Notes: generated by a model not told the origin, from the sequence alone. Positions 8,725 through 19,511 are shown, counted from the stretch's first letter. The stretch is DNA of 64,000 bases from Candidatus Moraniibacteriota bacterium (GCA_013334765.1 JAAXWW010000004.1:42557-106556), one strand, 5' to 3'. Numbers and translations: made by a program.

Positions 8725-9789
8725 TTATTTTTGTCTCATGGCCAAACCTATGGCAGTTGAAAATTCAGAGGATTTTTCTTTGTTGATCACGGGAAGCGAA
8801 TGCCCGAAGTCGATATTCGTCCAGGGATCCCCCAAGACGACTTCGCGTCCCAATATTTTAGTCATATACGGGACAAGCCCCCGTAGATTGGATCCCCCGC
8901 CGGAAAGAATGACTTTTTTTATCTTGATATTGCTTTTGGTCATGCTGTGATAGAAATCCAACGTTTTTTCTATTTCCCCGGACAGGTTTTCCAGGTATGA
9001 TTCCAATGGCGGAAGAAGCGAACCGGCTTCGCCGGCATGCCCTATGCCTTTAGATATCTTCATTCTCTCTGCCTCGGCGTCATCCACTCCCATCGCCTTG
9101 GAAATGATATCCGTCATCCCTTCTGAAGAGAACGGGATGCTTGAAGTGAAATACGGTACATTGCCTTCGGTTATGATGAAACTGGTCCTCTTGGCTCCCA
9201 GATCCGCGATGAAATATATGTCTTCGTTTTTCGCGTCGCGTGGAATAAGGCTCCTTGCTGTCGCGACAGACTCGACCTCCAATCCAAAGACATTAAGTCC
9301 TGCCATCTCTAGAACCTCGACCGTGTCATCGACTGTTTCCTTGGCGACTGCAACGGTGAGGATATTCAGTTTCCCGTCTGATTCATCGATTATCTGCCAG
9401 TCATAATACACCTGATCAGCAGACAGGGGGATGCTTTCTTCGATTTCCCATTTTATCGCTTCGCTTATTTCGGAGTCGTCCATTTTCGGCATGGAGATCT
9501 TCCTGAGAAACACCTTCGATTCAGGCAAAGAACAGACGACGCCTTTGGCATGTATCCTTCTAGGCACCGCCTTCTTGATGGCAGCCTTGATGATCGAAGC
9601 CACCTTCTCCTTTTCGATTAAGGTGCCGTCGCTTATGTATCCCTCTGGAATAGCTGAGGAAACGAAGCCGCCCACGCAGTATTCCTCCCCCTTCTTGTCA
9701 AGATAAAAAGCCTTGAGCGAAATATCGCTCAGATCAAGTCCGAAAAATTTGTCCTGGAAACCTATGATTTCCTTGTTCAAGAAACTCAT
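8725..9789 (-). CDS. pilM: type IV pilus assembly protein PilM (actin-like ATPase fold)
   Basis: 354 aa, ASKHA/actin-like two-domain pattern (GLDLSDISLKAFYL..., ...ILSGGGSNLRGL), conserved position upstream of pilN. Confidence 0.8.
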   Translation of the reverse strand: MSFLNKEIIGFQDKFFGLDLSDISLKAFYLDKKGEEYCVGGFVSSAIPEGYISDGTLIEKEKVASIIKAAIKKAVPRRIHAKGVVCSLPESKVFLRKISMPKMDDSEISEAIKWEIEESIPLSADQVYYDWQIIDESDGKLNILTVAVAKETVDDTVEVLEMAGLNVFGLEVESVATARSLIPRDAKNEDIYFIADLGAKRTSFIITEGNVPYFTSSIPFSSEGMTDIISKAMGVDDAEAERMKISKGIGHAGEAGSLLPPLESYLENLSGEIEKTLDFYHSMTKSNIKIKKVILSGGGSNLRGLVPYMTKILGREVVLGDPWTNIDFGHSLPVINKEKSSEFSTAIGLAMRQK

Positions 9790-9826
9790 TCGCTGATTTT
9801 TGTATTTTTTTATTTTTACTTCTTTA

Positions 9827-11239
9827 TTATAGCTCTTCCCAGAGATCCATCAAATACTCGTTGCCAGTCGGGAAATACGGAGGAGGAGAATAAAGGAGGT
9901 TGTTGTCATAATGCAGGTTGCGGTTCGTGTATCCCCTTCCATCAGTATAAGCAAATCCGTATCTTTTGTTGCTGGCAATCGCTCCGAATACCGTAATCGT
10001 ATCCTTATGGTCGTCGCTACCGTAATCTTCCCTGCCCACCCTTCCGCTTTGCGCCAGAAGAGCAGCATCGATATGAAGATCAGTATCGCTGTTTTTTGCA
10101 ATCTCGATGTCCTTTTGCGAAACAACTCCTAAAACCGTGCTACCGTCATAGCTCCCATAGTTTATGTCATTGATAATATAGACATTGGCCTTGCTAGCGC
10201 TTCCGAGTCTTGCAGCGACAACACTGACCCTTTTGTCTCTGATATTTCCTTCCAGCCAGACATCCCCGTCAACAAAGATTATCCCATCATCGGGAATATC
10301 GAATGCTCTCCAGGAACCGACATATTCGCCTACGGAGGTGCCGCTGGAATTCTTCACGCTTATCTCGCTGAACGTTCCATTGGAATTGAGGATGATATAT
10401 TTTCCCCACGATTGGCCGTTCATATCGAAATAGCAAGCCGAAGCCGAGCATCCGTCCGTTCCGGCTTTCATTGCCTCTGTTTGCATGAGGCTCAAGTCGG
10501 CAGTCACGCCGGAGAAGTCCTTGTCCGGTATGGGATATGATTTCCCAGCCGAAAACACGTCGCTCCCCATATCGGTGTTGTATTCATTGCTCCAGCTCGT
10601 CCAAACACCCGGCCTTATCCCTTGCACATCAGGATCGCCGTCATAATAACTGGAAACAGCGCTATATACGGTATTGTGCGCCACGCCGTCGAAATGCACC
10701 CCGTTATTGGCAAATACCTTGCCGAAGACTTCGGTGCCGGATCCGAAACGGACGAAGTCATTGGAGAGCATTATATATTCGCTCCATGAAGGACGGCGAA
10801 GCCTTACCTGGATTATTTTTTTCGAATCAGGATACTTGTATGTCCACCCGGTCGATTTCACGATAACGATAGTCGATCCTTCTGCGGGCGGAGTGACTTC
10901 GATGCTGTATTTTCCTATGCCGGCCCCTGCCGGATCCCTGTATTCAGCCTCGTAGGCGCTGCCCACTCCGAAAGGATTCCCGCTTGTCCAGAATGTCTCT
11001 ATCTGCTGAGCGGTCTTGCCATTCGTCTGATGCGCCAAATACCAACGATAGAAACTGATTCCGGCCTCCGCAATCTGAAAGGATTCCTGTTTGGAGGAAT
11101 TATATGTCCCGTATCTTATCTGGGACACCACATATTCCATCATCGATACCAGGATGATGAGCGATATGCTCGTGATGATCAGCGCATAGACCAGCGCGTA
11201 TCCTTTTGTATCCTTTCTGATTTGGAGATTAGTATCCAT
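9827..11239 (-). CDS. PilX-like pilus-associated protein (PilX_N-type hydrophobic N-terminus + large globular domain)
   Basis: N-terminal hydrophobic helix followed by the ...QESFQIAEAGI motif characteristic of the PilX N-terminal domain; 470 aa. Confidence 0.55.
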   Translation of the reverse strand: MDTNLQIRKDTKGYALVYALIITSISLIILVSMMEYVVSQIRYGTYNSSKQESFQIAEAGISFYRWYLAHQTNGKTAQQIETFWTSGNPFGVGSAYEAEYRDPAGAGIGKYSIEVTPPAEGSTIVIVKSTGWTYKYPDSKKIIQVRLRRPSWSEYIMLSNDFVRFGSGTEVFGKVFANNGVHFDGVAHNTVYSAVSSYYDGDPDVQGIRPGVWTSWSNEYNTDMGSDVFSAGKSYPIPDKDFSGVTADLSLMQTEAMKAGTDGCSASACYFDMNGQSWGKYIILNSNGTFSEISVKNSSGTSVGEYVGSWRAFDIPDDGIIFVDGDVWLEGNIRDKRVSVVAARLGSASKANVYIINDINYGSYDGSTVLGVVSQKDIEIAKNSDTDLHIDAALLAQSGRVGREDYGSDDHKDTITVFGAIASNKRYGFAYTDGRGYTNRNLHYDNNLLYSPPPYFPTGNEYLMDLWEEL

Positions 11240-11873
11240 ATTCGTTTATGTTCCTGAGTTCCGCGAAGGACTCGATATTTATGTTGTCAGGCGCGCGATT
11301 AGGATTGATGTTCGCATAGAGATGGACTTGGATAAGCCGCACATCCTCGACATTCACCGGAGCTGCAAGAGGATTATGAGCCGTATCGCCGGGATATTGG
11401 CTGTTGTAATAATGGAATACCGGTTCGCTTTGGGTGTTTACGATATAGCTTGCGATAGTCCTCACAACCTGATCACCATTGGGATAACTCGCTGGAGTGC
11501 CGCTCGGCTTGGTACTCCCTTCTTTGAGCTGATTGTCTTCATAGAAATAGTGGACCCGTTCCGTTATGTTGTCATCATCGATATCCGAATAGAAAACCAG
11601 ATCGAAATCGCCTCCTGATTTTATGGGGTAGCTGCCATCATCGCTCTGCCTGGCTTTTCTTATCTCCCCGACGATCTCATCAGTGGCCCTGGAAACAAGG
11701 CGCGCCGTCTCCCCTTCTTCAATGACGAAATGATTGGTTTCCCATACGTTATAGAAAAGATATGAAAACCCAGCCATCCCCATACTGAAAATAGCAATCG
11801 CAACCATCACTTCGACAAGCGTGAATCCGGACCTGCCGGATCCTTCTGCAATTTTGTTTTTCTTGAAATTCAT
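11229..11873 (-). CDS. prepilin-type N-terminal cleavage/methylation domain protein (minor pilin/pseudopilin)
   Basis: Class III signal: ...GRSGFTLVEVMVAIAIFSMG (G|FTLVE motif). Confidence 0.75.
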   Translation of the reverse strand: MNFKKNKIAEGSGRSGFTLVEVMVAIAIFSMGMAGFSYLFYNVWETNHFVIEEGETARLVSRATDEIVGEIRKARQSDDGSYPIKSGGDFDLVFYSDIDDDNITERVHYFYEDNQLKEGSTKPSGTPASYPNGDQVVRTIASYIVNTQSEPVFHYYNSQYPGDTAHNPLAAPVNVEDVRLIQVHLYANINPNRAPDNINIESFAELRNINEYGY

Positions 11874-11878
11874 AATAA

Positions 11879-13252
11879 TCAGCTTCCTTCAGAAAGATTT
11901 ATTGCCTTTGTCGCTAATCCGCTGCTTATAGATACTGTCTGAGCGTTATCGCTTTTAAAACCAGATGCCAAGACATTGATACTATATGTTCCTGCCGCAA
12001 GCGCTGGCATAGCTGTCGGGAAATATGCCTGACCATATCCATCCGTGTTCACTGTCGCGTCATATCCGGAAGAATTATATAGCCTAACAACCGCATTCGT
12101 TATCGGACTCGAGTCTTTCTTGTTCCTGATCGTAACAATCGCCGACGCTACGCTTTTGTCGGCCAGCACGACATTTTCTTCGAAACTTTCCCCTGGAACG
12201 GCGCTGAACGCGCTTTTGTCCGGTGTTATGCCAGAATCGATCCTTATCAGCGCATAATTGGAATTTTTAATGACTAGGAAATACGACCCGTAGCTCATGT
12301 CATCAAAACTCTTCTCCCCCGAAGAATCTCCCGCCAGATTCGTCCCATTATATACATACACCGGTTCTCCGCTGGAGTGGATGTTGCCCAGAATCCGCCC
12401 GCCTTTCATATCAAAAGAGATATTCGGAATCATGACGCCGAAAGGATCCCTGAATCGCAATTTGAAAGACACCAGCTTGTCAGTAACGATCGCTTTCATG
12501 TTGACAGTGTTTTTGACTACCGAGGCATGAACATCCACCGGATCATATGGGGTCTGATTATATGGAGGCATAGTGGTTGCCAATAAATACCCATCCTTTG
12601 AAACTTCGATGACATATCTCCGGATCCCGGCCGGAGCAGCCGGAAGCATTATATTTCCAGTGTCATCCGTAAGGGCGGTTATGTCTATTCCGGAAAATGT
12701 GTTCTTTATATGCACTTTGGCTTGAGGGATTCCAATGCCTTTAGAATTGAGGATATTTATGGAAAGGACGCCGCCGCCAGCGCTGGTTTCAATTCCCTTG
12801 GGCGGGAAGGTGGAAACAAGAGAAACCGATTTAGGGCTATCGATATCATCCTCCCAGGCCGCTTTTATCCTGACGCGCTTGTAGTCACTCGGAATGATGT
12901 CTTTCGGGCTTCCCCCGGCAGTGCTGTCGAACGGATCATCGACATATTGGACGAACGTGAAGATATAATATGTGCGGGAATTTTTGGTAATGACTTCCTT
13001 CTCAAGCAGGTTTCCGGATGGGATTCCGGTAGTCGTTCCGATATCGTCATAATCGAGATTCCTGGCTATCTCCATTTTTTCATTCGCAATCGCAGCCGCG
13101 CCCAGCTTGTTTTTGGCTTCGGATATATATCTTATCCCGGCTGAAATAACCGAATAAAAAGATAGCGTGATGATGGAAAAAATGAATACCAGCACCATCG
13201 CCTCGATAAGCGACACTCCGCTCGTATGTTTTTTTATTGCTGTTTTCGACAC
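11879..13252 (-). CDS. pseudopilin fused to carboxypeptidase-regulatory-like (CarbopepD_reg / Ig-like) domains
   Basis: N-terminal GVSLIEAMVLVFIFSI prepilin-like motif; downstream repeats resembling CarbopepD_reg folds (TDDTGNIMLP..., GTYSINVLASGFK). Confidence 0.65.
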   Translation of the reverse strand: MSKTAIKKHTSGVSLIEAMVLVFIFSIITLSFYSVISAGIRYISEAKNKLGAAAIANEKMEIARNLDYDDIGTTTGIPSGNLLEKEVITKNSRTYYIFTFVQYVDDPFDSTAGGSPKDIIPSDYKRVRIKAAWEDDIDSPKSVSLVSTFPPKGIETSAGGGVLSINILNSKGIGIPQAKVHIKNTFSGIDITALTDDTGNIMLPAAPAGIRRYVIEVSKDGYLLATTMPPYNQTPYDPVDVHASVVKNTVNMKAIVTDKLVSFKLRFRDPFGVMIPNISFDMKGGRILGNIHSSGEPVYVYNGTNLAGDSSGEKSFDDMSYGSYFLVIKNSNYALIRIDSGITPDKSAFSAVPGESFEENVVLADKSVASAIVTIRNKKDSSPITNAVVRLYNSSGYDATVNTDGYGQAYFPTAMPALAAGTYSINVLASGFKSDNAQTVSISSGLATKAINLSEGS

Positions 13253-13257
13253 AAGTT

Positions 13258-14478
13258 TCAGTTAACGTTCTGCATCATGCCATAAATCGGCTGAAGCATC
13301 GACACGGCGAAAAATCCGACGCCGCCTCCAATCATTATCATGAGGACCGGCTCGATAATCGATGACATATTCTTTGATATCTGATCGACTTCGTCCTCGT
13401 AGAACTCGGCGAGCTTGAGAAGGACTACCTCCGTTTTTCCAGTCTCCTCGCCTACCGAGACCATCTGCGAAACCAGAAGAGGGAAAGCCAGCGTATTCTT
13501 CTTGATCACGACGCTCAGATTGACTCCTTTCTGGATCTCTTCCAGGCCCTCATTCATGGCACCTTTGTAATAATAATTCGTGAAGGTGTTGGCGAGGATG
13601 CGGAGCGATTCGGTAACCGGAACGCCGCTTCTTATGAGCGAGCTATAGATGCGCCCGAAACGGGCACAATTGACCTTGATAACGATGTTGCTGATGACCG
13701 GGATGTGCATTATGGTGAAAGCGAGCACCTTCTTCCCTGTCTCGGTCTTGAGAAAGATCTTAAGGAAAAAACCTGCTATGATAACAGCTATGGCTACTGG
13801 GATAGCATGAGCCCTCAGCATATCGCTAAGCGCCATCACGAATTTGGTCGAGGCAGGCAGCTCCACGTTCATATCCTTGAAAACCCCCAGTATCTTAGGA
13901 AGGATGAAAGTTAGCATGATGATAGCGATGCCTATCATGGCAACCAGGATGACTGCCGGATAAGTAAGCGCTCCCTTCACCTTGCTAGTGAGGCTGTGTT
14001 CCTTTTCGATCTGGATAGTCAGGATCTTCATGATTTCCTCCAGGCTTCCGCTGACTTCGCCGACTCGGATCATATTGACGAACATCTCGTCAAAAACTGC
14101 CGGATATTTGGCCAGGCCGTCGGCGAAAGTCATACCCGACTGGATGTCGGCGAATATGCTCTCCAGAATAGCCTTGAATCTTTTGTTCCTGGTCTGTTCT
14201 GAAATATTCTTCACTGCTCTTGATATCGGAAGGCCTGAAGATATCATGACGCTCATATTCTGAGTGAACATCAGCTTGTCTTTGAGGGATATGCCGAAAA
14301 AACGATCGAATATCTTTATATCCGCCGAACTTTTTTCTTCTCCTTTGACTTCCTTGAAAGAAGTCAGGATGAACCCGTCCGATCTGAGCTGCGCGGCCAG
14401 ATCGCGCTCATTCTTCACTTCTGCCTCACCACCCTTGGTTTCACCGGAATAGCTTTTCGCCGTATAGATTGCTTTCAT
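13258..14478 (-). CDS. pilC: type IV pilus / T2SS platform protein PilC (GspF family)
   Basis: 406 aa, two GspF repeats, 3 TM; canonical position next to pilB. Confidence 0.85.
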   Translation of the reverse strand: MKAIYTAKSYSGETKGGEAEVKNERDLAAQLRSDGFILTSFKEVKGEEKSSADIKIFDRFFGISLKDKLMFTQNMSVMISSGLPISRAVKNISEQTRNKRFKAILESIFADIQSGMTFADGLAKYPAVFDEMFVNMIRVGEVSGSLEEIMKILTIQIEKEHSLTSKVKGALTYPAVILVAMIGIAIIMLTFILPKILGVFKDMNVELPASTKFVMALSDMLRAHAIPVAIAVIIAGFFLKIFLKTETGKKVLAFTIMHIPVISNIVIKVNCARFGRIYSSLIRSGVPVTESLRILANTFTNYYYKGAMNEGLEEIQKGVNLSVVIKKNTLAFPLLVSQMVSVGEETGKTEVVLLKLAEFYEDEVDQISKNMSSIIEPVLMIMIGGGVGFFAVSMLQPIYGMMQNVN

Positions 14479-14546
14479 GTTTTATTTATGATTTACGGAA
14501 CACGACACCACCTGGCATATGCTGATGCATAGGCCGTGCTGTTTTA

Positions 14547-16295
14547 TTATTCTTTCGTCACTCTCAGTATTTCCTCTATCGTAGTCATCCCCTGCACCGC
14601 CTTAGCGAATCCGTCTTCGATCATAGTGAGCATCCCTTTCTTGCGCGCTTCCCCTTCAAGTGTTTCCGCGTCCGTTTTCTGGGAAATGAGTTTCCGGATA
14701 TCGTCATCTATTTCCAAGACCTCGAAAATCCCCGCCCGGCCGTGATAGCCGCCGCTGCACTGTTCGCAGCCTTTAGGCTTGTATAGCTTCAGATCAGACC
14801 AGGTGTCTTTGGCTTTTATCATGCCCTTAAGATCTTCGACTTCTCTCAGCCTTTTCAAGATATCATCCATGTCATAGCTTTCCCTGAGGGCGTCCAGCTC
14901 TTTCTTGCTGAGCTTGTATTCCTGGCGGCAATCCGGACATACTTTCCTGACCAGACGCTGAGCGATGATGACATTCACTGTTGAAGCGACCAGAAACGGC
15001 TCAGCCCCCATGTCCAGAAGCCTCGGAAGCGTCCCTGCCGCGCTGTTGGTATGCAGGGTCGAAAGCACCAGATGCCCTGTCATGGCAGCATGGATAGCCA
15101 TTTCCATCGTTTCATTGTCGCGGATCTCGCCGACCATTATGATGTCCGGGTCCTGACGCAGAAGCGACCGCAACCCGGCCGCGAAAGTAAGGCCGACTTT
15201 TGGATAAACTTGAGTCTGGTTGACGCGATGCATCCTGTATTCGACCGGGTCTTCAACGGTGCTGATATTGACATCGGGAGTATTCAGTATGTCCATGACC
15301 GTATAGAGCGTGGTGGTCTTTCCGCTTCCGGTCGGACCAGTCACCAGGATCATGCCGTTCGGTTTCTTTATTTCGCGATGAATCGCCTCAAGGGCATGTC
15401 CGCGAAGGCCCATCCCTTCAAGCGTGAGTCCTTTGGAAGATTCATCCAGAAGCCTCATGACTATCTTTTCCCCGTCGAAAATCGGCAATATGCTGACACG
15501 GAAAGAGATATTCAGCCCGTCTTTCTCTATTTTGAATCTTCCATCCTGCGGAACCCGATGCTCATCCAGCTTGAGATTCGAAAGAACCTTGATACGCGCG
15601 ATGATCCCTTCCTTGACCTGCCTAGGCAGGACCATGGCCTCATGCAGGATCCCGTCGATCCGATAGCGGACACGGACTTCTTTCTCGTCCGGCTCGATAT
15701 GGATGTCGGACGCGCTTTGCAGGATGGCATGCTTGATGAGGGTGTCGACAATGCGTATGATAGGAAGGCCTTGCGCCACTTTTTCCAGATCCTCATCTTC
15801 CGCTTCCTCGGTCTTTACCTCCTCCGAATTCTTGTCTATGATGTCGCCGAATTCCGCCTTCAGGCTTTTGCCGTATTGCTTAAGAACCGCTTCGATGCTT
15901 TCTTCGGAAGTTATGCAGGTCGTGATTTTCAACCCCGTTTTCTTGCGGATGAAATCGACAGTCTGGATATCTTCCGGGTTCATCATCGCCAGCTTCAATT
16001 CCCTATCTTTTTTTTCGAAAGAGACTATCTTGTATTTCCTGGCGATCGGCTCCGGGACTATCTGCAATATTTCAGGAGAGATTATCTCTTTCTGAAGGTT
16101 GACAAAAGGAATGCCGAGGATGTACGCGTAGAGCTTCCTCAGCTTCATCTCGTCGATCATTTTCTTATCGAGCAGGACGTCCCCCAGCGGCTTCTTGCTG
16201 AGCTCGGCCTCATTCATAGCCGACTCAAGGGATTTCGGATCTATCATCCCGGCATCCTTGATGAAATCATTCAATTGCTGATTGCTGATTCTCAT
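14547..16295 (-). CDS. pilB: type IV pilus assembly ATPase PilB (GspE family) with N-terminal T2SSE_N domain
   Basis: Walker A GPTGSGKTTTLY, Asp/His boxes, C-terminal tetracysteine (CPDC...CEQC). Confidence 0.9.
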   Translation of the reverse strand: MRISNQQLNDFIKDAGMIDPKSLESAMNEAELSKKPLGDVLLDKKMIDEMKLRKLYAYILGIPFVNLQKEIISPEILQIVPEPIARKYKIVSFEKKDRELKLAMMNPEDIQTVDFIRKKTGLKITTCITSEESIEAVLKQYGKSLKAEFGDIIDKNSEEVKTEEAEDEDLEKVAQGLPIIRIVDTLIKHAILQSASDIHIEPDEKEVRVRYRIDGILHEAMVLPRQVKEGIIARIKVLSNLKLDEHRVPQDGRFKIEKDGLNISFRVSILPIFDGEKIVMRLLDESSKGLTLEGMGLRGHALEAIHREIKKPNGMILVTGPTGSGKTTTLYTVMDILNTPDVNISTVEDPVEYRMHRVNQTQVYPKVGLTFAAGLRSLLRQDPDIIMVGEIRDNETMEMAIHAAMTGHLVLSTLHTNSAAGTLPRLLDMGAEPFLVASTVNVIIAQRLVRKVCPDCRQEYKLSKKELDALRESYDMDDILKRLREVEDLKGMIKAKDTWSDLKLYKPKGCEQCSGGYHGRAGIFEVLEIDDDIRKLISQKTDAETLEGEARKKGMLTMIEDGFAKAVQGMTTIEEILRVTKE

Positions 16296-16303
16296 AATAT
16301 GGG

Positions 16304-16669
16304 CTATTTGAGCGTTTCTTTTATCTTATTCGCTATATCCTCCATTTTGTAGTCCGACTTTACCAGATAAGTGGTTGCTCCCTTATCGAAAGCTTTCTGG
16401 ATGTCTTCCGGGCTCTCGAGATTGGTCAGCAGTATTATCGGGATGTTCTTGGTTTCAGGGTCCTTTTTCAGCTCATCCAAAACTTCATATCCGTCTTTCT
16501 TGGGAAGCACTATGTCAAGAAGGATCAGTGATGGCTTTTCTTTCTTAGCTATCCGTGTCCCTTCTTCCCCGTCGAAAGCACTGACGATCCTGTATCCTTC
16601 TTCTTTCAAAAATTCTCCCAACGATTGATTGAGAGCGGTTTCATCCTCTATGATGAGTATTTTTTGCAT
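16304..16669 (-). CDS. stand-alone response regulator receiver (CheY-like) protein
   Basis: 121 aa, REC domain (ILIIEDE...LLDIVLPKKDGYEVL...K). Confidence 0.85.
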   Translation of the reverse strand: MQKILIIEDETALNQSLGEFLKEEGYRIVSAFDGEEGTRIAKKEKPSLILLDIVLPKKDGYEVLDELKKDPETKNIPIILLTNLESPEDIQKAFDKGATTYLVKSDYKMEDIANKIKETLK

Positions 16670-16699
16670 AAGCTTTGGATTAATTCTTATGATGAAAAA

Positions 16700-17644
16700 T
16701 TATTCATGCCTTGCCGCGGGAAGGGAAAAAGAAAAAATCGTCCCTAATCCTTCGACTGAATCAAACTCTATATTCCCTCCGAGCTGTTCAATAACGTTTT
16801 TGGCGATATACAGACCAAGCCCGGTCCCTTCGGTCTGATATTTGACTATGTTATCGGAACGGAAAAATTTCTCGAAGATCCTCTTCTGCTGCTCCTTCGG
16901 GATTCCGACGCCGTTATCCTTGACGCTGAAAACGACCGACCCGTCTTTTTGCGAAACCTTCACCTCTATCTTCCCTTCATTGATCGTATATTTGGAAGCG
17001 TTCCCAAGAAGATTCTCAATAACCATCCTGATTTTTTCCGGATCTCCCAGCACCTTGGCAGATTTCCTGCTGGAGGAGAAAGCCAGTCCTATTCCCTTAG
17101 CTTTCAATATGGGAGCGAGGCTTTTGACCGCCTCTTCGGAAATGCGTCCGATATCGACCGAGACATGCCTCAGGATCAGCCTGTCCTGATCGATCCTAGC
17201 CACATCCAGAAGGTCGTTGACCAGCCTTGCCATCTTGCGGCTTTGTTCGGCAATGTTCTCGATATTGCTTATCTGCTTCTCAGTCAGGCCCTTCTTCATT
17301 TTAGTGAGCAGAAGCTCAGTCTCCCATCGGATGGCTGACAGCGGGGTGCGCAGCTGATGCGAAGCGACTGAAACGAATTCGCTCTTGGCTTTATTGAGAT
17401 TGGTTACCTGTTCCACTATCCCGACAATCACGTTGCCGATGATCAGGATAGTGATCGCAACCGCGGATTCCGCGATAACCAGCAGCTGAGGATCGTCATA
17501 GTTTTTGGACATATAATATGTCCCAGTCATGGCGATAGCAGCGACGACTCCCATCATGATGAAAAGGAATCCGGGAGTCTGCCAGACTTTTATTCCTAAA
17601 TCGCTCGCCTGCTTTTTCAGATTGAGATCGTTTATGAACTTCAT
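16700..17644 (-). CDS. sensor histidine kinase (2 TM + HisKA + HATPase_c); start set at MKF to avoid running into groEL
   Basis: H-box SHQLRTPLSAI, N/G1/F/G2 boxes (GNASKYT, DNGVGIP, GTGLGLYIAKN). Confidence 0.8.
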   Translation of the reverse strand: MKFINDLNLKKQASDLGIKVWQTPGFLFIMMGVVAAIAMTGTYYMSKNYDDPQLLVIAESAVAITILIIGNVIVGIVEQVTNLNKAKSEFVSVASHQLRTPLSAIRWETELLLTKMKKGLTEKQISNIENIAEQSRKMARLVNDLLDVARIDQDRLILRHVSVDIGRISEEAVKSLAPILKAKGIGLAFSSSRKSAKVLGDPEKIRMVIENLLGNASKYTINEGKIEVKVSQKDGSVVFSVKDNGVGIPKEQQKRIFEKFFRSDNIVKYQTEGTGLGLYIAKNVIEQLGGNIEFDSVEGLGTIFSFSLPAARHE

Positions 17645-17710
17645 TTTGTTTGTTTTAATTATAGCACTGACATGGAATAAAGATAAGGCTCCAAAACCGT
17701 CCGCGAAGCG

Positions 17711-17743
17711 CAACAAAAAAATCCCGAAGCTGATTCGGGATTT
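17711..17743 (-). terminator. Rho-independent terminator downstream of groEL
   Basis: Minus strand: aatcccgaa-tcagc-ttcgggatt followed by TTTTTTTGTTG. Confidence 0.6.
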
Positions 17744-17760
17744 TTCAATAAAATCATGCC

Positions 17761-19431
17761 CTACATCATGCTGCCCATTCCTCCTGGCATTCCTGGCATG
17801 CTGTTGCCGCAAGAGCAATCTTCTTTCGGCTTATCGGAAACAGCGGCTTGCGTAGTCAGGAATATGGATGCCACTGAAACAGCATTAAGAAGAGCTGTCC
17901 GGGTGACCTTCACTGGATCGATTATGCCTGATTTAAGCATATCCTCCACATATTCCCCTTTGCCGGCGTCAAAGCCGTAGTTGGCTCCTTTTCCCTTGAT
18001 GACTTCATGGACCACCACTCCTGGATCCTTCTGGCCTCCATTGGCAACGATCTGTTTGATCGGCTCGGAGATCGCGCTAAGCAGCATCTTGTATCCGGCA
18101 GCGTATTCCAGATCACGTCCCGCTATTTTCCCTTTTCCATTCTCTATTCTGGACATGAGCGAATGAGAGGCTTTGAGAAGCGCCACTCCTCCGCCGGAAA
18201 CGATCCCTTCCTCGTATGCCGCGCGCGTCGCGGCCAAAGCGTCCTCCATCTTGTGCTTGACATAGGTGAGCTCCGTTTCCGTTGCCGCTCCGACTTTGAT
18301 GACAGCCACCCCGCCGGAAATCTTCGCCAGCCTTTTCTGCAGCTTTTCCTTGTCCCACTTGCTGTCGCTTGCCGCTATTTCAGCCTTGATGCCTGAAATC
18401 CTCGCGTCAATCTCTTTTTTCTTTCCTTTTCCATCCACGATCGTAGTCTTGTCCTTGGTGGAAATGACTTTGGCAGCCGAACCGAACATGTTCATTTCAG
18501 CGCTGTCGAATTTCATGCCTCTTTCTTCGGAAATCACTTTGCCTCCGACAACCGCGGCGATATCCTCAAGCATGGCTTTCTTGTTGTCCCCGAACTCAGG
18601 AGCCTTCACCGCGAGGATGTTGAGCGTTCCGCGCAGCTTGTTGACAACCAATGTCGTCAAGGCATCGCCGTCCACGTCTTCTGCAATGATGACGATATCC
18701 TTCTTGCCAGTTGCCGTGATCTTTTCAAGCGCGGGCAAGAGTTCCTGGATCGAGGAAATCTTCTTGTCGGTGATGATGATATGCGGATCCTTCAGTTCGG
18801 CCTTCAGCGATTCGCTGCTGGTTATCATGTAAGGAGAAATATATCCCTTGTCGAAACTCATCCCTTCGACGACTTCTTTTTCCAATCCGAATGTCTGGGA
18901 TTCCTCGACAGTGATCACTCCGTCCTTGCCCACTTCTGAAATCACTTCCGCGATCATCTTCCCCATCTCCTCGCTTTCAGCGGAAATGGCAGCCACCTGG
19001 GCGATCTCTTCTTTGGAGGAAATATTCTTCGAATTCTTTTTGAGTTCCGCGATGACATCGGCAGAAGCGTCTTCGATCCCATGGCGGATGCTGATCGGAT
19101 TCATCCCGGTCGCCACCAGTTTCGATCCCTCGTGCACGATCGCTTGCGCCAGGACCGTCGCGGTAGTCGTTCCGTCTCCAGCCGCATCATTGGTCTTGTT
19201 GGCGACTTCCTTGATGAGGTCCACTCCGATGTTCTCGAACTTGTCTTCCAGCTCGATTTCCTTGGCAATGGAAACCCCGTCATTCGTTATGACCGGCGAA
19301 CCGAATCCCTTGTCCAGGATCACGTTCCTGCCCCGCGGTCCGATCGTCACCTTGACAGCGTCGGCCACCTTGTCGATTCCGGCCTTTATCTTTCCCCTCG
19401 CCTCTTCGTCGAATTTGATGATCTTGCTCAT
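17761..19431 (-). CDS. groL: chaperonin GroEL (60 kDa)
   Basis: Canonical N-terminus ([10 protein letters not shown]...GPRGRNV) and GGM-type C-terminal tail ([10 protein letters not shown]). Confidence 0.95.
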   Translation of the reverse strand: MSKIIKFDEEARGKIKAGIDKVADAVKVTIGPRGRNVILDKGFGSPVITNDGVSIAKEIELEDKFENIGVDLIKEVANKTNDAAGDGTTTATVLAQAIVHEGSKLVATGMNPISIRHGIEDASADVIAELKKNSKNISSKEEIAQVAAISAESEEMGKMIAEVISEVGKDGVITVEESQTFGLEKEVVEGMSFDKGYISPYMITSSESLKAELKDPHIIITDKKISSIQELLPALEKITATGKKDIVIIAEDVDGDALTTLVVNKLRGTLNILAVKAPEFGDNKKAMLEDIAAVVGGKVISEERGMKFDSAEMNMFGSAAKVISTKDKTTIVDGKGKKKEIDARISGIKAEIAASDSKWDKEKLQKRLAKISGGVAVIKVGAATETELTYVKHKMEDALAATRAAYEEGIVSGGGVALLKASHSLMSRIENGKGKIAGRDLEYAAGYKMLLSAISEPIKQIVANGGQKDPGVVVHEVIKGKGANYGFDAGKGEYVEDMLKSGIIDPVKVTRTALLNAVSVASIFLTTQAAVSDKPKEDCSCGNSMPGMPGGMGSMM

Positions 19432-19511
19432 ATTTTTTTTGATTAGGCTTATTATTTAGCAGTCTGCACTGTAGAGTGCCAGCTATATTCCATTCTATCC
19501 GATATCAGGCT

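Noticed and set aside
15051-16352. 433-aa + strand ORF
   Set aside because: Lies entirely antisense within the well-supported pilB gene; a shadow ORF.
17645-17818. N-terminal 58 codons of the 372-aa histidine-kinase ORF
   Set aside because: Would overlap the groEL 3' end by 58 nt; an internal ATG (17644) giving MKFINDL... with the TM segments intact is the more plausible start.
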